Shown here in pieces: positions 1 through 10,500 of a stretch of DNA of 24,296 nt. Position 1 is the stretch's first letter; each line of letters starts with the position of its first letter. The position numbers were made by a program, and so were the translations under genes. Under the pieces are notes generated by a model. It was given only the letters and a program-made list of their open reading frames with translations. It made no database searches and had not been told where the DNA came from. Source of the stretch: a virus; IMG/VR virus record IMGVR_UViG_3300037245_003526, positions 1 to 24,296 of that record, one strand, 5' to 3'.

Positions 1-1
1 T

Positions 2-58
2 GATAGAAGTTCATGTATTAAGAAAGCAAAAGCTTCTGCTAAAAAAGCTACAGCATAA
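2..58 (+). CDS. 3' end of an upstream gene cut by the window edge (...KKAKASAKKATA*)
   Basis: Frame is open from the window edge to TAA at 56-58. The stop lies 12 nt before the next ATG, with AAGAGG in between. Too short for any functional call. Confidence 0.3.
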   Translation, partial: DRSSCIKKAKASAKKATA

Positions 59-70
59 GAGGTAACCCAT

Positions 71-484
71 ATGAAAAACTCTCTGGTTGAAGACTATCTT
101 GGAATGATTCAGGATTCCGAGATAGTCTCAGAGCTTGGTGTAAAAGGGGACTATGTTTTAATCGCAATGCTATCTGCTCAAGGTTGGACAGCATGGAGAA
201 AAATTGGTACTGGAAATGACAAAGCTCGAAAAAAATGTGGTACTTTTAAAATAAGTAATCAGAGAGATGCATGTATAGCAACAAATAGGATAAAATTTTG
301 TAAAGAACGAATTACTCTCATCAAGAAAGAAAAAAAGAAATGTGATGAGAAAAGGGATCCTAAAAAGTGTAGAAAAAATGCTGATGATAGAGTAGATTAC
401 GAAGAAGGTAAAATTAAAAAATATAAAAAACGTCTTGAAAAATTAAAAAAGAAGGGAAGGGGATATAACCCAAAAACTTACTAA
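71..484 (+). CDS. hypothetical protein, Lys/Cys-rich basic C-terminal half
   Basis: 137-aa ORF with AAGAGG 6-7 nt upstream of the ATG. Tightly packed with neighbours. No motif recognised. Confidence 0.6.
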   Translation: MKNSLVEDYLGMIQDSEIVSELGVKGDYVLIAMLSAQGWTAWRKIGTGNDKARKKCGTFKISNQRDACIATNRIKFCKERITLIKKEKKKCDEKRDPKKCRKNADDRVDYEEGKIKKYKKRLEKLKKKGRGYNPKTY

Positions 485-524
485 CCGAATTTCTTTATAA
501 ATCGAAAAAGAAAGGAGATGTACC

Positions 525-1325
525 ATGCCGTTTAAAGGATTTAATGTCAAGTATCCGGAGTACACAATTGAGACTCCACAAACAGGATTAAGTTTTAATG
601 TAAGGACTTTAAATGTTCAAGAAGAGGAACGTTTAAAAGGCAGTTTAAACACACCAAATAGTATTGCTGAGCATTTAAATAAATGTATTTATGAGGCTAT
701 GACGAAGAAGCCAGCTCAGATTAAAACATTCGAAGACTTTTTAAGTAAGACTACTTTAAAAGATAGAGATGCTCTACTATATGGACTTTACCATATAACA
801 TATGAGGAAATTAGAAACTATGATGTAACATGTTCCTCATGCCGAAAAGAATATCCAGTAACTATACAAGCCTCTGATACTTTCAGCTTCAACCCTTATC
901 CTCAAAAGGACATTTTGAATAAAAGACATGATGTACCTCTTCCTATTACTAAGGGAGTTATAGCAGTAATAAAACAACCATGTCTTCTTGATGAGGTAAA
1001 AGCTACCAAAGAATTAGGATCTAGACCTGGTTCATCAATCGAGACTATTGCTGAAACTATGATAATTGACTCTTTTAAACAAGATGTTCAAGAAAGTAAA
1101 GAAGCAGATATATATTCAGATCGTGTTGATATACTTGATGCTTACTTAACTCTTCCATCAAGAGATAAAAGAGCAATTCATAAAGCATATGATGAAATGT
1201 TTGGTAAATTCGGAATTGAGTTGAAAATGAAAAGTCATTGTATTCAATGCGGTAATGCAGAAGACATTGACATAGATTTGGTAAACCAATTTTTTCGTAT
1301 GGCATACTCGTCCACAGCTGATTGA
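525..1325 (+). CDS. hypothetical protein of the baseplate module with two distant CxxC pairs (CSSC...CIQC, possible Zn ribbon)
   Basis: 266-aa ORF with AAAGGAG SD upstream. Sits directly upstream of the gp25-like gene. The ORF ends shortly after a T6 run, and coding appears to continue in the +1 frame (see next feature). Confidence 0.75.
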   Translation: MPFKGFNVKYPEYTIETPQTGLSFNVRTLNVQEEERLKGSLNTPNSIAEHLNKCIYEAMTKKPAQIKTFEDFLSKTTLKDRDALLYGLYHITYEEIRNYDVTCSSCRKEYPVTIQASDTFSFNPYPQKDILNKRHDVPLPITKGVIAVIKQPCLLDEVKATKELGSRPGSSIETIAETMIIDSFKQDVQESKEADIYSDRVDILDAYLTLPSRDKRAIHKAYDEMFGKFGIELKMKSHCIQCGNAEDIDIDLVNQFFRMAYSSTAD

Positions 1326-1488
1326 AGAATATAGACAGTTGCTGAGCGAGAATATATTCACATGTATAGAAGTCCTTCACCAAGGATATCTTGATATAAT
1401 GTATATGCCTGTAAAACGATTTTATGACATGCTTAAATGGAAATCAGATTTAGAGGACCAACGAGCAAAACTTATAAATAGTAAATAG
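1297..1488 (+). CDS. +1-frame coding continuation (VWHTRPQLIEEYRQLLSENIFTCIEVLHQGYLDIMYMPVKRFYDMLKWKSDLEDQRAKLINSK*). Possible frameshifted C-terminal extension of the 525..1325 product, or a homopolymer indel.
   Basis: The frame is open from 1285 to TAG at 1486-1488 in an AT-rich genome where stops are frequent. It reads like a helical protein. It has no ATG with a good SD before 1399. It ends 11 nt before the next gene's ATG, overlapping that gene's SD. The T6 run at 1290-1295 sits at the frame junction. Confidence 0.45.
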   Translation, partial: VWHTRPQLIEEYRQLLSENIFTCIEVLHQGYLDIMYMPVKRFYDMLKWKSDLEDQRAKLINSK

Positions 1489-1499
1489 GAGTATATATT

Positions 1500-1928
1500 A
1501 TGCCTTCAATGATAGATCTTTTTAATCAAAATGTAGTTGGTTCTAAAGGTTTCATCTCAGATTTTCTTCCTATAATATCCTCAAGTGGCGACTTTACTAG
1601 AGTAACAGAGCTTTCAGTTATAATATCTTCTTGGAATAATATATTATTAACACCTCTTAGAACTTATGTATATGATCCTGATTATGGTAGTGAATTATAT
1701 AAATATGTATTCGATCAAAATGATGATGAGACAGTTGATGATATAAAAGAAGAAGTAAGATATAGACTAACTAAATTTGATGATAGAGCAGTTATCACAA
1801 ATATTGAAGTAATCTTCATGAGAGATAGAAAAGGTTTCACAGTCAATATAGATTTCGTGTTTGGCGAGGAAGAGACTCGTATGAAGGTTAATATAGATGG
1901 TAATGTATACATAAGGTTTCTGGAGTAA
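1500..1928 (+). CDS. baseplate wedge protein, GPW/gp25-like
   Basis: 142 aa. The pattern IISSWNNILLTPLRTYVYDPDYGSELYKYVF...IKEEVRYRLTKFDDRAVITNIEV matches the GPW/gp25 signature (I..S...IL.T..G.R...P.fGs.l...lf ... EpR..v). Lies next to a baseplate-J-like gene. Confidence 0.8.
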   Translation: MPSMIDLFNQNVVGSKGFISDFLPIISSSGDFTRVTELSVIISSWNNILLTPLRTYVYDPDYGSELYKYVFDQNDDETVDDIKEEVRYRLTKFDDRAVITNIEVIFMRDRKGFTVNIDFVFGEEETRMKVNIDGNVYIRFLE

Positions 1929-1933
1929 ATATT

Positions 1934-2578
1934 ATGCAATTATGGTCTCGTCTCTATGATTATATTCATGAGTATCAACAACTAGTTTATGAATATTATG
2001 CTCATAGTGCTGTAGCATTTCAGACTACATACTGGAATATTAATAAAGATGTAACAGTATGGGATGATGAACAAATGTTTGGTGGTGCTTATGAAATGTT
2101 AGGTAGTTTATCTGGAGTTAAGTGGAACAAATATTTATTACTGCCTGTATATTTTTCAGAAGAAATAACAACAGCATTTGAGGGTACAGAGACTGGACTT
2201 ATAAAAGAGCAAGAAAGTAGTATTGTAATTCCTTCTGAATATGGTATAACCCCATATGCAGGAGATATAATAAAATTAGAACAAGAGTTTTTACGTCCAA
2301 CTAATGATAATTTTCCAATATTTGCTGTAACTGGAGTAGAACCTCATCCAAATACAGATAGAAGATTTTGGAAACTTAAAATAAAAGTAAATCAAAGTGA
2401 AACTGTAGATGATATTAACGATCAAACAGAGAATTCATATGCATTTTATGACTATGATAAAAAGATTCATACATTAGAAGAAGCTACAGATTTGACTAGA
2501 TTACTAATAAAAAATGAAACATTAAGGGAACGTTTAAAAAATATGTGGGATGAAAATTCAGGTCTTTATAATATTTAA
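1934..2578 (+). CDS. hypothetical protein (baseplate module by position)
   Basis: 214-aa ORF with a GGAG SD. Lies between the gp25-like and gp6/J-like genes with 5-11 nt gaps. Confidence 0.7.
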   Translation: MQLWSRLYDYIHEYQQLVYEYYAHSAVAFQTTYWNINKDVTVWDDEQMFGGAYEMLGSLSGVKWNKYLLLPVYFSEEITTAFEGTETGLIKEQESSIVIPSEYGITPYAGDIIKLEQEFLRPTNDNFPIFAVTGVEPHPNTDRRFWKLKIKVNQSETVDDINDQTENSYAFYDYDKKIHTLEEATDLTRLLIKNETLRERLKNMWDENSGLYNI

Positions 2579-2589
2579 AAGAGGCAATT

Positions 2590-5139
2590 ATGACTGACAA
2601 TACAGTATCTTCAGAAATATACCAAAGTCGAGATGCTACTAGAGATAAAATTATTGAACTTCTTCAGCGATACTTGGAGTTAGGTAATGTAGACTTGACA
2701 AAAACATCATTCCTATCATATGTTACGGATGTTATGTCTATACTTTCCTCAAATCTTATGTTTTACCAAGGTAATGTTTATAGAGAATTCTTTATGACAA
2801 AAGCTCAATTACCAGAGTCTATTTATAACTTAAGTTCTTTTATAGGTTATACTCCATCAGAAGCAAGTTATTCCTCTACAAATCTTCTTATAACAGTACC
2901 TCTACCTTTCAATGATACAAATATAACTTTTTCAATAGCAGATGGAAGAGATGGTAATTTTAAATTTCAAACATCCGATGGTATTAAATTTCTAACATAT
3001 TATACAACAACCGTAACTGTAATAAATAATAGTGATGTTACTATACAAATTGATCAAGATGGTAAACTTTATACCTTACCTGTTTATATTGATACAACTT
3101 CTGCTGATCAACAGTTTCAATTTGTACTACCTGTAAGACAATATAAAAGTACAAGATCTGAATTTATTATTGATCCTGATCTTCAACCAAATCAGTTTAC
3201 CAATATTGATGTTCCTATAGATGGTAAAGTTGCTGAAATGTCGGTGTATGTTAGGAACCCTGGAAGTGATGTAGACACCCTTGGTATGTTGTACGATGGC
3301 TCTTTTGATAGTCTATATTTAATGACTTCCTCTGATTATGGATATGTATCAAGAAACATATCTGAAGGTAAAAGATTATATTTTGGTAATGGAGTTATAG
3401 GACAACAACCTCTTCCTGGTTCTACAGTAATTGTATTCACTGACATAACAGAAGGGGAATCAGGTAACGTTATAGCTGGTTCTGTAACAACAGGTAGTAG
3501 AATATATACAATGGCTGGTGGTGCTTCAACAATAGTAAATTACACAGTAACAAATACTTCTCCTGCTACAGGTGGTAGTGATGAAGAGTCACTACAGGAA
3601 ATAAAACAAAATTCTATAGATAGTTTAACATCTCTAAATAGATTAGTTTCTGAAGGTGATTATGGTCATGTAAAAACTATAATTGAGGATGCTCCTATAG
3701 CTGAAAATTCTATAGCAGTATTAAAAAGATCTGATCTTAAAGTTAATGAAATTCAGTTATTCACTATTCTTAATTTCAATAATGAAATAGTTCCAACCAG
3801 AAATATATATTATTCAGTTCCCACTGGTACTACAGTAATTCCAAGAGATACTGTAATTACATTTGATGGAGTTGAATACATTACTATATTTGATATAGAA
3901 ATATCATCACTAAATACATATGCTGACTATGAATATAATCTACTACAACTACAAATTACACCTCTTTTAATACAAAGTTGGAGTAGTGCAAATCAAGATG
4001 CTTATAACTTTAACTCAAATGAATTATTAGTATCATATAATGATGCATCTGCAACTGTAACTTTTGAATTTTCATATTTTTCAGATGAAATAGATCGTAC
4101 TAATTGTTCTTGTGATTTAACAATTCTTTCTACAGATGATACTCGTGCTATGACAAATACTGCAAATGCAAATGGAGGAGTTTTTTCATACACATTTCCA
4201 AATTATACTGATATCCCGAAGGGAAGTCAGACGTATTATCTTACTGTAAGTAATTCAAACTTACCGATTCAACAATTAATATCACGATATTCTGCTTCCT
4301 TTATATTAAGACAGGATTTATCACCATTATATATGATGTCAAATACAGCGAATGATGGTACTACAACCATCATATATGATATACCAGGAATTAAAAAATC
4401 CTACTATGATAGTATTGATAAAATAGATTTTGAATCTGCTGTTATACAAGAATTTTTATCATCTATGGATTTAAAAGATTATAGAATGATGACTGATTTC
4501 ACTAATCTTAAATTCTGTAGTACTACTGGTAAGATGAATAATATGCTTTTAAATAAGAATAATAAGTTAGCAGTAAAAGACATGGGTTTAACTAGTATTC
4601 CTACATCTTTAACTACTGGGGACAGATATATTATAAGTGGTAATGAAGGAGGTACATGGACTGGTCATAGAGATGATATAGCAATTTGTACAGATTCTAC
4701 TGCTTCAACATGGACTTTTATAATGCCAAATGCTAATGATATTACATACGTTCAAAGTAAGAGTTCAAATTATATCTATACACAATATGGATGGAAAATA
4801 CCTCAATATGATATTCCTTTACAAATATCTATAGAACTATTTAGAATTCTTGATTCATCAATTACCGACGTTTCTTTAGTATATAATATACAAGCTGCTT
4901 TAGTTTCAGCATTTTCTAGTAGATTTGGTCCAAATTTAACTATTTATAGAACAGAAATAATAGAAGTTATTCAAGGAGTGACTGGGGTTTCCCATTGTAG
5001 ATTAATAGAACCAGAAAGTAGTGTTTTCTTTAATTTTGATCTTTTAGATTTTACAGAACAACAATTACTTGAATATGGTCCTGAATGGGTATATTTTGAA
5101 ATTGATGATATTACAATAAAAGTTCTTCCTGCGGAGTAG
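2590..5139 (+). CDS. baseplate J / T4 gp6-like baseplate wedge protein
   Basis: 849 aa. The internal motif SPATGGSDEESLQEIKQNS resembles the conserved GG.D.Es.e.lR segment of baseplate-J family proteins. Size and position after the gp25-like gene fit. Confidence 0.7.
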   Translation: MTDNTVSSEIYQSRDATRDKIIELLQRYLELGNVDLTKTSFLSYVTDVMSILSSNLMFYQGNVYREFFMTKAQLPESIYNLSSFIGYTPSEASYSSTNLLITVPLPFNDTNITFSIADGRDGNFKFQTSDGIKFLTYYTTTVTVINNSDVTIQIDQDGKLYTLPVYIDTTSADQQFQFVLPVRQYKSTRSEFIIDPDLQPNQFTNIDVPIDGKVAEMSVYVRNPGSDVDTLGMLYDGSFDSLYLMTSSDYGYVSRNISEGKRLYFGNGVIGQQPLPGSTVIVFTDITEGESGNVIAGSVTTGSRIYTMAGGASTIVNYTVTNTSPATGGSDEESLQEIKQNSIDSLTSLNRLVSEGDYGHVKTIIEDAPIAENSIAVLKRSDLKVNEIQLFTILNFNNEIVPTRNIYYSVPTGTTVIPRDTVITFDGVEYITIFDIEISSLNTYADYEYNLLQLQITPLLIQSWSSANQDAYNFNSNELLVSYNDASATVTFEFSYFSDEIDRTNCSCDLTILSTDDTRAMTNTANANGGVFSYTFPNYTDIPKGSQTYYLTVSNSNLPIQQLISRYSASFILRQDLSPLYMMSNTANDGTTTIIYDIPGIKKSYYDSIDKIDFESAVIQEFLSSMDLKDYRMMTDFTNLKFCSTTGKMNNMLLNKNNKLAVKDMGLTSIPTSLTTGDRYIISGNEGGTWTGHRDDIAICTDSTASTWTFIMPNANDITYVQSKSSNYIYTQYGWKIPQYDIPLQISIELFRILDSSITDVSLVYNIQAALVSAFSSRFGPNLTIYRTEIIEVIQGVTGVSHCRLIEPESSVFFNFDLLDFTEQQLLEYGPEWVYFEIDDITIKVLPAE

Positions 5140-5147
5140 TATAACCT

Positions 5148-6257
5148 ATGGAAATATTACTAGCTAAATCAAATATAGATTTTATCAGACTTAGAAAAAA
5201 AATTCATACAATAGTAGGAACTGAATTACCAGGTTTAACAGAACCATGTTATTATCCTTCCTTAAAAAAATACTATTATGAACTTCTTCATCTATGTAAA
5301 TTAAAAGAATCTGATATCAAAGATTATGTTAAAAGATTTTATATGGGAACACCAGCTGCTAAATGGAAACTTCAAAGAGATCCTATTACTAATTTATATA
5401 TTTTTTTAATGCATGTATTTCTTACAAAAAGACAAGTTAATACATACCGCTCTATAATGCTTCTACATCTAATAAGACAATATACAAATCTTATGAATAA
5501 ACAAATTCAGTTTTGTAATAAAGATGCATTTAAATATACTTTAGAAAATATAGCAAAAACTCATTTATTTGTAAGAGAGGGAACAATTCCAAATGCGTTA
5601 GTTTTCTTATCAAGAGAAATGGAAAAAGCTTATACCAAAGATATAATAAATAAAGATGTAAATAGAGTAATTCTATTTATAACTGTATGTAGAACAAGAG
5701 TATCACAAAGTATTAAAAGTTTTGCAGAATTATACTATCATGCTAGTAAGGAAGGTTTAGGAATAAGACAACCAAAAGAAGATGAAGAAGAAAGAGGTGA
5801 AGTACAACATCAACAATTAGAAAGATCTTCAAGAGTTATAAATAGTGTAGTTAGAAAGATAACTGTTTATAGAGTTGTTGATAAAAAAGCAGTTGAAATG
5901 GCCAAGAATCTTACTAAAATTAGATCAAGTCTAGCAACCATGATTTCAAGTAATATAACTGATGTAAAATATGCAGATGATTTAAGAACAATCCTAGAAT
6001 TATTTGTTAAAGATTTACAAAACGTATCCTACTTATGTGGAGATGAATTCTTCACTTATGTTAAGAGTCTTATGGCTATTAAAAGAACTAAATCAATAAT
6101 CTACTTTAAAAAACAAATTAATGATTTGTTATTATCACTTCTAAAAACATTAAAATATGAAAAAGAATATAATAAACTTACTAAACAAACCCAATCCTTA
6201 ATTAACCTATATTTAGCATTCTACTTAACAATAGTTTTTAGAAATACAATTTGTTAA
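5148..6257 (+). CDS. hypothetical protein, basic and predicted helical
   Basis: 369-aa ORF, last gene of the + strand block. Converges on the - strand block with a 22-nt gap. No motif recognised. Confidence 0.65.
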   Translation: MEILLAKSNIDFIRLRKKIHTIVGTELPGLTEPCYYPSLKKYYYELLHLCKLKESDIKDYVKRFYMGTPAAKWKLQRDPITNLYIFLMHVFLTKRQVNTYRSIMLLHLIRQYTNLMNKQIQFCNKDAFKYTLENIAKTHLFVREGTIPNALVFLSREMEKAYTKDIINKDVNRVILFITVCRTRVSQSIKSFAELYYHASKEGLGIRQPKEDEEERGEVQHQQLERSSRVINSVVRKITVYRVVDKKAVEMAKNLTKIRSSLATMISSNITDVKYADDLRTILELFVKDLQNVSYLCGDEFFTYVKSLMAIKRTKSIIYFKKQINDLLLSLLKTLKYEKEYNKLTKQTQSLINLYLAFYLTIVFRNTIC

Positions 6258-6279
6258 GATCCTACTACTGCACCTCCAA

Positions 6280-7500
6280 TTAGACCAGACCCACAGGTGG
6301 TGCAAAATCAACTGCCTTTTCCTGATCATCAACAGAAACTCTTCTAGGTGCAGGTTCAGCTACTTCAGGAGATTGTACTGTTTTTCCAGGATACTTAGGT
6401 GGTGGTGTAAAATTATCTGCGTCTTCACTAATTCTTAAATGTGATATAGATTGGTTGCTAGTCGATGCAGGACCTGGAACATTATACATTTTATAAAGAG
6501 TCCTTGTACTTATAGAATTATCCTTACCACCTAATACATTTAAATATGAATTCAATGTAGGTCTATTATCTCCAGCAGTACCAGCTTTTTCTTCTACTAA
6601 TATACTATTATATAAACTACCAAAATCAATTCGTACATCTACTATTGATAATGCTTGGTTCCATGCAATGCTTTGTTGATCTCCACCCTTTATAACAGAA
6701 ATACTATTTATAAAAGCAGCATTAATATCATAAATTCCATTTGCCCTTACCTTACAAAGAAATGGCCATTGATACCCTGAATTATCTGCAGACCCTCTTG
6801 GTAATCCTAGAATTAGAATAGCAGCTAATGGTCCAACAATATACTTTCTAGTCATGTCAGGATCGCCTGGACTTGGATTGTACAGTCTAATAGTCATAGT
6901 ATATGAAGGTTCAAAAGCACTATTCTTCCAAACCTTAGGAAAGTCAACTCTTGCTCCAGCTAAACCAGCACTAACTACATTTAACATTTTTTTAGCAAGA
7001 CCAGCACCTGCTGATCCTGCTGCCTGTCTAGCTTTTAAACTTTCTTGAAGTTCCTGTAATTTTTTATGTCCACCTAAAGCTGCTTTTCCTATAAGAGAAC
7101 CTTCTCCTAAAGCACCACCAATATTTTTTGCAGCTTCTGAAATAGTTGAAGCACCCATAAATTGTGATATTTCAGCTAAACCAGAAGAAGCCATCCGAGT
7201 AAATTTATCTAGAAAACTCTCACCATATTCATTACTGAATGTATCTGTTGGAAATGCGTCTGCTAGAAATGCTATTTTTAACTTTTTCTGATTAGTAGGT
7301 AATTCAAAACCATGGGTTTTTAATAGTTTATTATATAATTCCATTCCTTTAGTTGGATTAAGACCAAATAATTGTAATCCTTCCTTAAAATTTGGTAAGC
7401 ATGGGGTAATAGTAGCAGTTGGCATAGTATTTTTAACAACACCAGCAGTCGTATATGATACTGGAGGCATTCCAGGTATAAAATCTATTATTACAGACAT
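6280..7500 (-). CDS. hypothetical virion protein, possibly a tail-tube/baseplate junction protein (T4 gp48/gp54-like by position)
   Basis: 406-aa ORF with AAGGAG SD. Lies immediately downstream of the tape-measure-like gene, as gp48/gp54 follow gp29 in T4. Has a Gly/Ala-rich segment. The functional call rests on position only. Confidence 0.45.
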   Translation of the reverse strand: MSVIIDFIPGMPPVSYTTAGVVKNTMPTATITPCLPNFKEGLQLFGLNPTKGMELYNKLLKTHGFELPTNQKKLKIAFLADAFPTDTFSNEYGESFLDKFTRMASSGLAEISQFMGASTISEAAKNIGGALGEGSLIGKAALGGHKKLQELQESLKARQAAGSAGAGLAKKMLNVVSAGLAGARVDFPKVWKNSAFEPSYTMTIRLYNPSPGDPDMTRKYIVGPLAAILILGLPRGSADNSGYQWPFLCKVRANGIYDINAAFINSISVIKGGDQQSIAWNQALSIVDVRIDFGSLYNSILVEEKAGTAGDNRPTLNSYLNVLGGKDNSISTRTLYKMYNVPGPASTSNQSISHLRISEDADNFTPPPKYPGKTVQSPEVAEPAPRRVSVDDQEKAVDFAPPVGLV

Positions 7501-7513
7501 TAATTTTCTCCTT

Positions 7514-10500
7514 TTATGTTAACCTTCCTCTAAGAATTGAATCAACTGCTTCATCATAATATGGTCTTGGTCCAGATAAACCACCCGTACCACCACCATT
7601 ACTAACCTGAGCAGTTTTCTGAGAACTATCCACAAATGATGTTACTACACTACTAGCAGCCTGAGAACCTGAAATTACAGCTCCTGATAATTTATCAAAT
7701 CCTTCAGTTAATTGCTTGAATATTGCCATATCTTTATTAACACCCATTGCTGCAAGTGATTTTTTATCCATATGAAATTTACTTAATCTTTCTTTTGCCT
7801 CTGGCATTGTAGGAAGATAACCTTTTTTAGTAAGAATATTTTTCTTTTCAATCATTGCAGCAGTAACTTTATCAATTCCACCTTTAGCAGTAGATGTCAT
7901 ACCAGCAAAACCACCAGCAGCAAATTTACTATACGCTTTATTCATTTGCTCAAGAGTAGCCACGCCAGATGATTGAGCTTTCTCCTTAATATCTTTCCAA
8001 GCTAAAATTTTACTTTTGTTCTTTTTAACAAGTTCTGCAGCTTTCCATATTCCTGTACCAATAGAATTTTTAGTGTATTTACCACTAGTTAAAACCATTT
8101 CAGAAGCTCTGATAATATCATCAGGAAAATTCATAAGAACTGTATTTGTTAACATACCCAAAAGATTTATAGGAAATGGTAAATAAGCTGTTACTTTTTC
8201 AGTCATTGCTCCAGTGGTAACTAAAACTGATGTGATTTTCCTTTTGGCCTGTTCACTAAGTTGTACTCTAGCTTGTCGTTCTCTTTCTCTAAATTCATTT
8301 CCACCAACTTCAGCATATAATTTTTCTTCACTTTTAATCTTTCCTTCATTTATTTTTACTAAATATTTAAAGAATGTTTGTTCTCTTCTCATTCCATACC
8401 CATGCGGATCTTTTCCACGATATATACCTATATCACGTTTTTGCCTCATAAAATTAAGTCTAGCAGCATTAACAGTGACAAATCCATATCTAGCATACTC
8501 ATCCATATGCTCTTGCATAAATGTTCTCTGACCAATATTTATAGAATTTATAGTATCTTGATCTGATTCACCAATATGTTTTTGTCGTTTTTTCTGCAGG
8601 CTAGCAATACCCCTATGAATTCTTTCTTCATGTGCAGCTTTTACTTTTTCTTCTACAGGTCCTCGGGCAGCTTGCATAGTCCTAACACGAGTAACAGTAG
8701 CGGCTCTTAATCCTATATCTGCTTTTTCTCTTATAAATTTTTCTTTACCCCATTCTTTCTCTCGTGATTTTACTATAGCATCACCTATTGGTTTACCTAT
8801 TAAATAACCTAAACCTGCAGCTCCTGCAATTCCTAAAGCAGGACCAAGTGCTGCCATAAGTCCACCAGCAGGAATAGCTTTTAAAGCTGTAATTAAAAGA
8901 CCTCCTAGTCCCTTGGCCCCTCTTCCAAGAAGTTCAAATAAACCTCCACCTATTCCTTTAAACTTCATAAGCATTGGAAGTACCATACCCATTATAGGCA
9001 TTACTAATCTCATTAAAAAACTAGTAGTATCAGCAGTTTTTCTTCCTCGTCTTCTTAAATATCTATGAGATTTATCAGCAGTTCTATTTTGTTTTCGTAG
9101 AAGATCAATAATAGTATCAATCTTTTTATACACCTTCTGTGGAATTCTGCCAGGTCTAGCTGCTGGGAATAATTTTCTTTGTTTCTTTTCAGTATATTCG
9201 GCCTCAATTGTTTCTTCCGCTGCAGGTTTACCTTTCCATCCTATTCTTCCTAGCAAGCCTCTACCAGCAGCACCAGCTCTTTTTCCTCTTTCTCCCCATG
9301 CTTCTTTTGTTTCTTCCAATTCACTTGCCATAGTTCTTCTTCTAGTAAGTTGACGTGCCATTTCCTCTGGTAATACTTTTTGAGCTAATGCTCCTATTCC
9401 TTTTCCAGCAAGTCCAATAGTACCTTTATATGCAAGTGCAGCTACTCTACCAGCTATTGACCATGATTCCTTTCTTTCTATACCTTGTCTACTCATAGTT
9501 TTACCAGAGGTATATGCTAGTATACCAACCAAAGCATTAACAGCATCACTAGTATTTCTAGCTATAGCTGGTAAATATTCAGCAAGAAGATTTTGTTGAG
9601 AAAATGAAGATGCCATCATATCTCTGACCATTGATCCAGTAGGTCTTAAAGGTCCACCTCGTCTTCTAAACAAAAACCTAAATGGTGTCATAACCATTTT
9701 TTGTAAAGTTCTTAAACCATATATGAAAAATCTTTGAAATGGACCAAGTCTTGCAACCCAGTTTGCAAAAATAGTTCTGATAAATCCCATAGCACCGCCA
9801 ATAGGTGCAACAGCTTGTCTGGTACCAAATGTATTATCAGCAATTCTTTCAAGAGCAGGTCGCTTACCTGATACTTCTTCCATAGTATCTTTATAAGCAT
9901 CCATAGCTTCTTTAATAAACATCTTTCGATCAGCAATATTACTAATTCCTTTAGTCACAGTTCTCTTATTTACTTGATCGACAATGGTTGCTACAATATT
10001 TTTAACAGGAGTAATTACTTCAGCGGCATGTATTTCTGCCATACCCCCTTTTTTGACGAACCCTCCCTTGGCCATTTTAGGGATTTTTTCTTTTGGTTTC
10101 TTTTTTTCAAAAGAAAGGACACCTCTTAATTTTTCCCAACCTGCTCCAGCTAAACTCTTGAATCTGGATGTAACTGAAGATAAAGCTTTACCTAGTCCTT
10201 CTTTCATTCTACTAATCATATTTTTGAAAACAACTGTTTCCATCATTTTAGCAGTTGCATAACCAACTATTGGACTTATCTTACCTACAGTAGTAACTAT
10301 TAAAGCTTGTTTATTAACATTAATATCTTCACTAATTGCTTTAGCATATTCATTTACAGCTTGTGCTCCACCAAGACTAATATGTTTTACTCCCCTAGCT
10401 GTTTCAGCAGTAATATGCCTCATTCCAGAAGTAAGCGTACCGGTAGCATCAGCGAGATTTTTCAGTACCCTATCTATTGAGCTAATTGAACTTTTATTAG

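Noticed and set aside
1075-1939. Antisense ORFs 1075..1383, 1158..1361 and 1715..1939 on the minus strand
   Set aside because: They lie entirely opposite well-supported + strand genes. They have no SD and their composition is low-complexity Leu/Ile/Phe/Ser, typical of antisense frames in AT-rich DNA.
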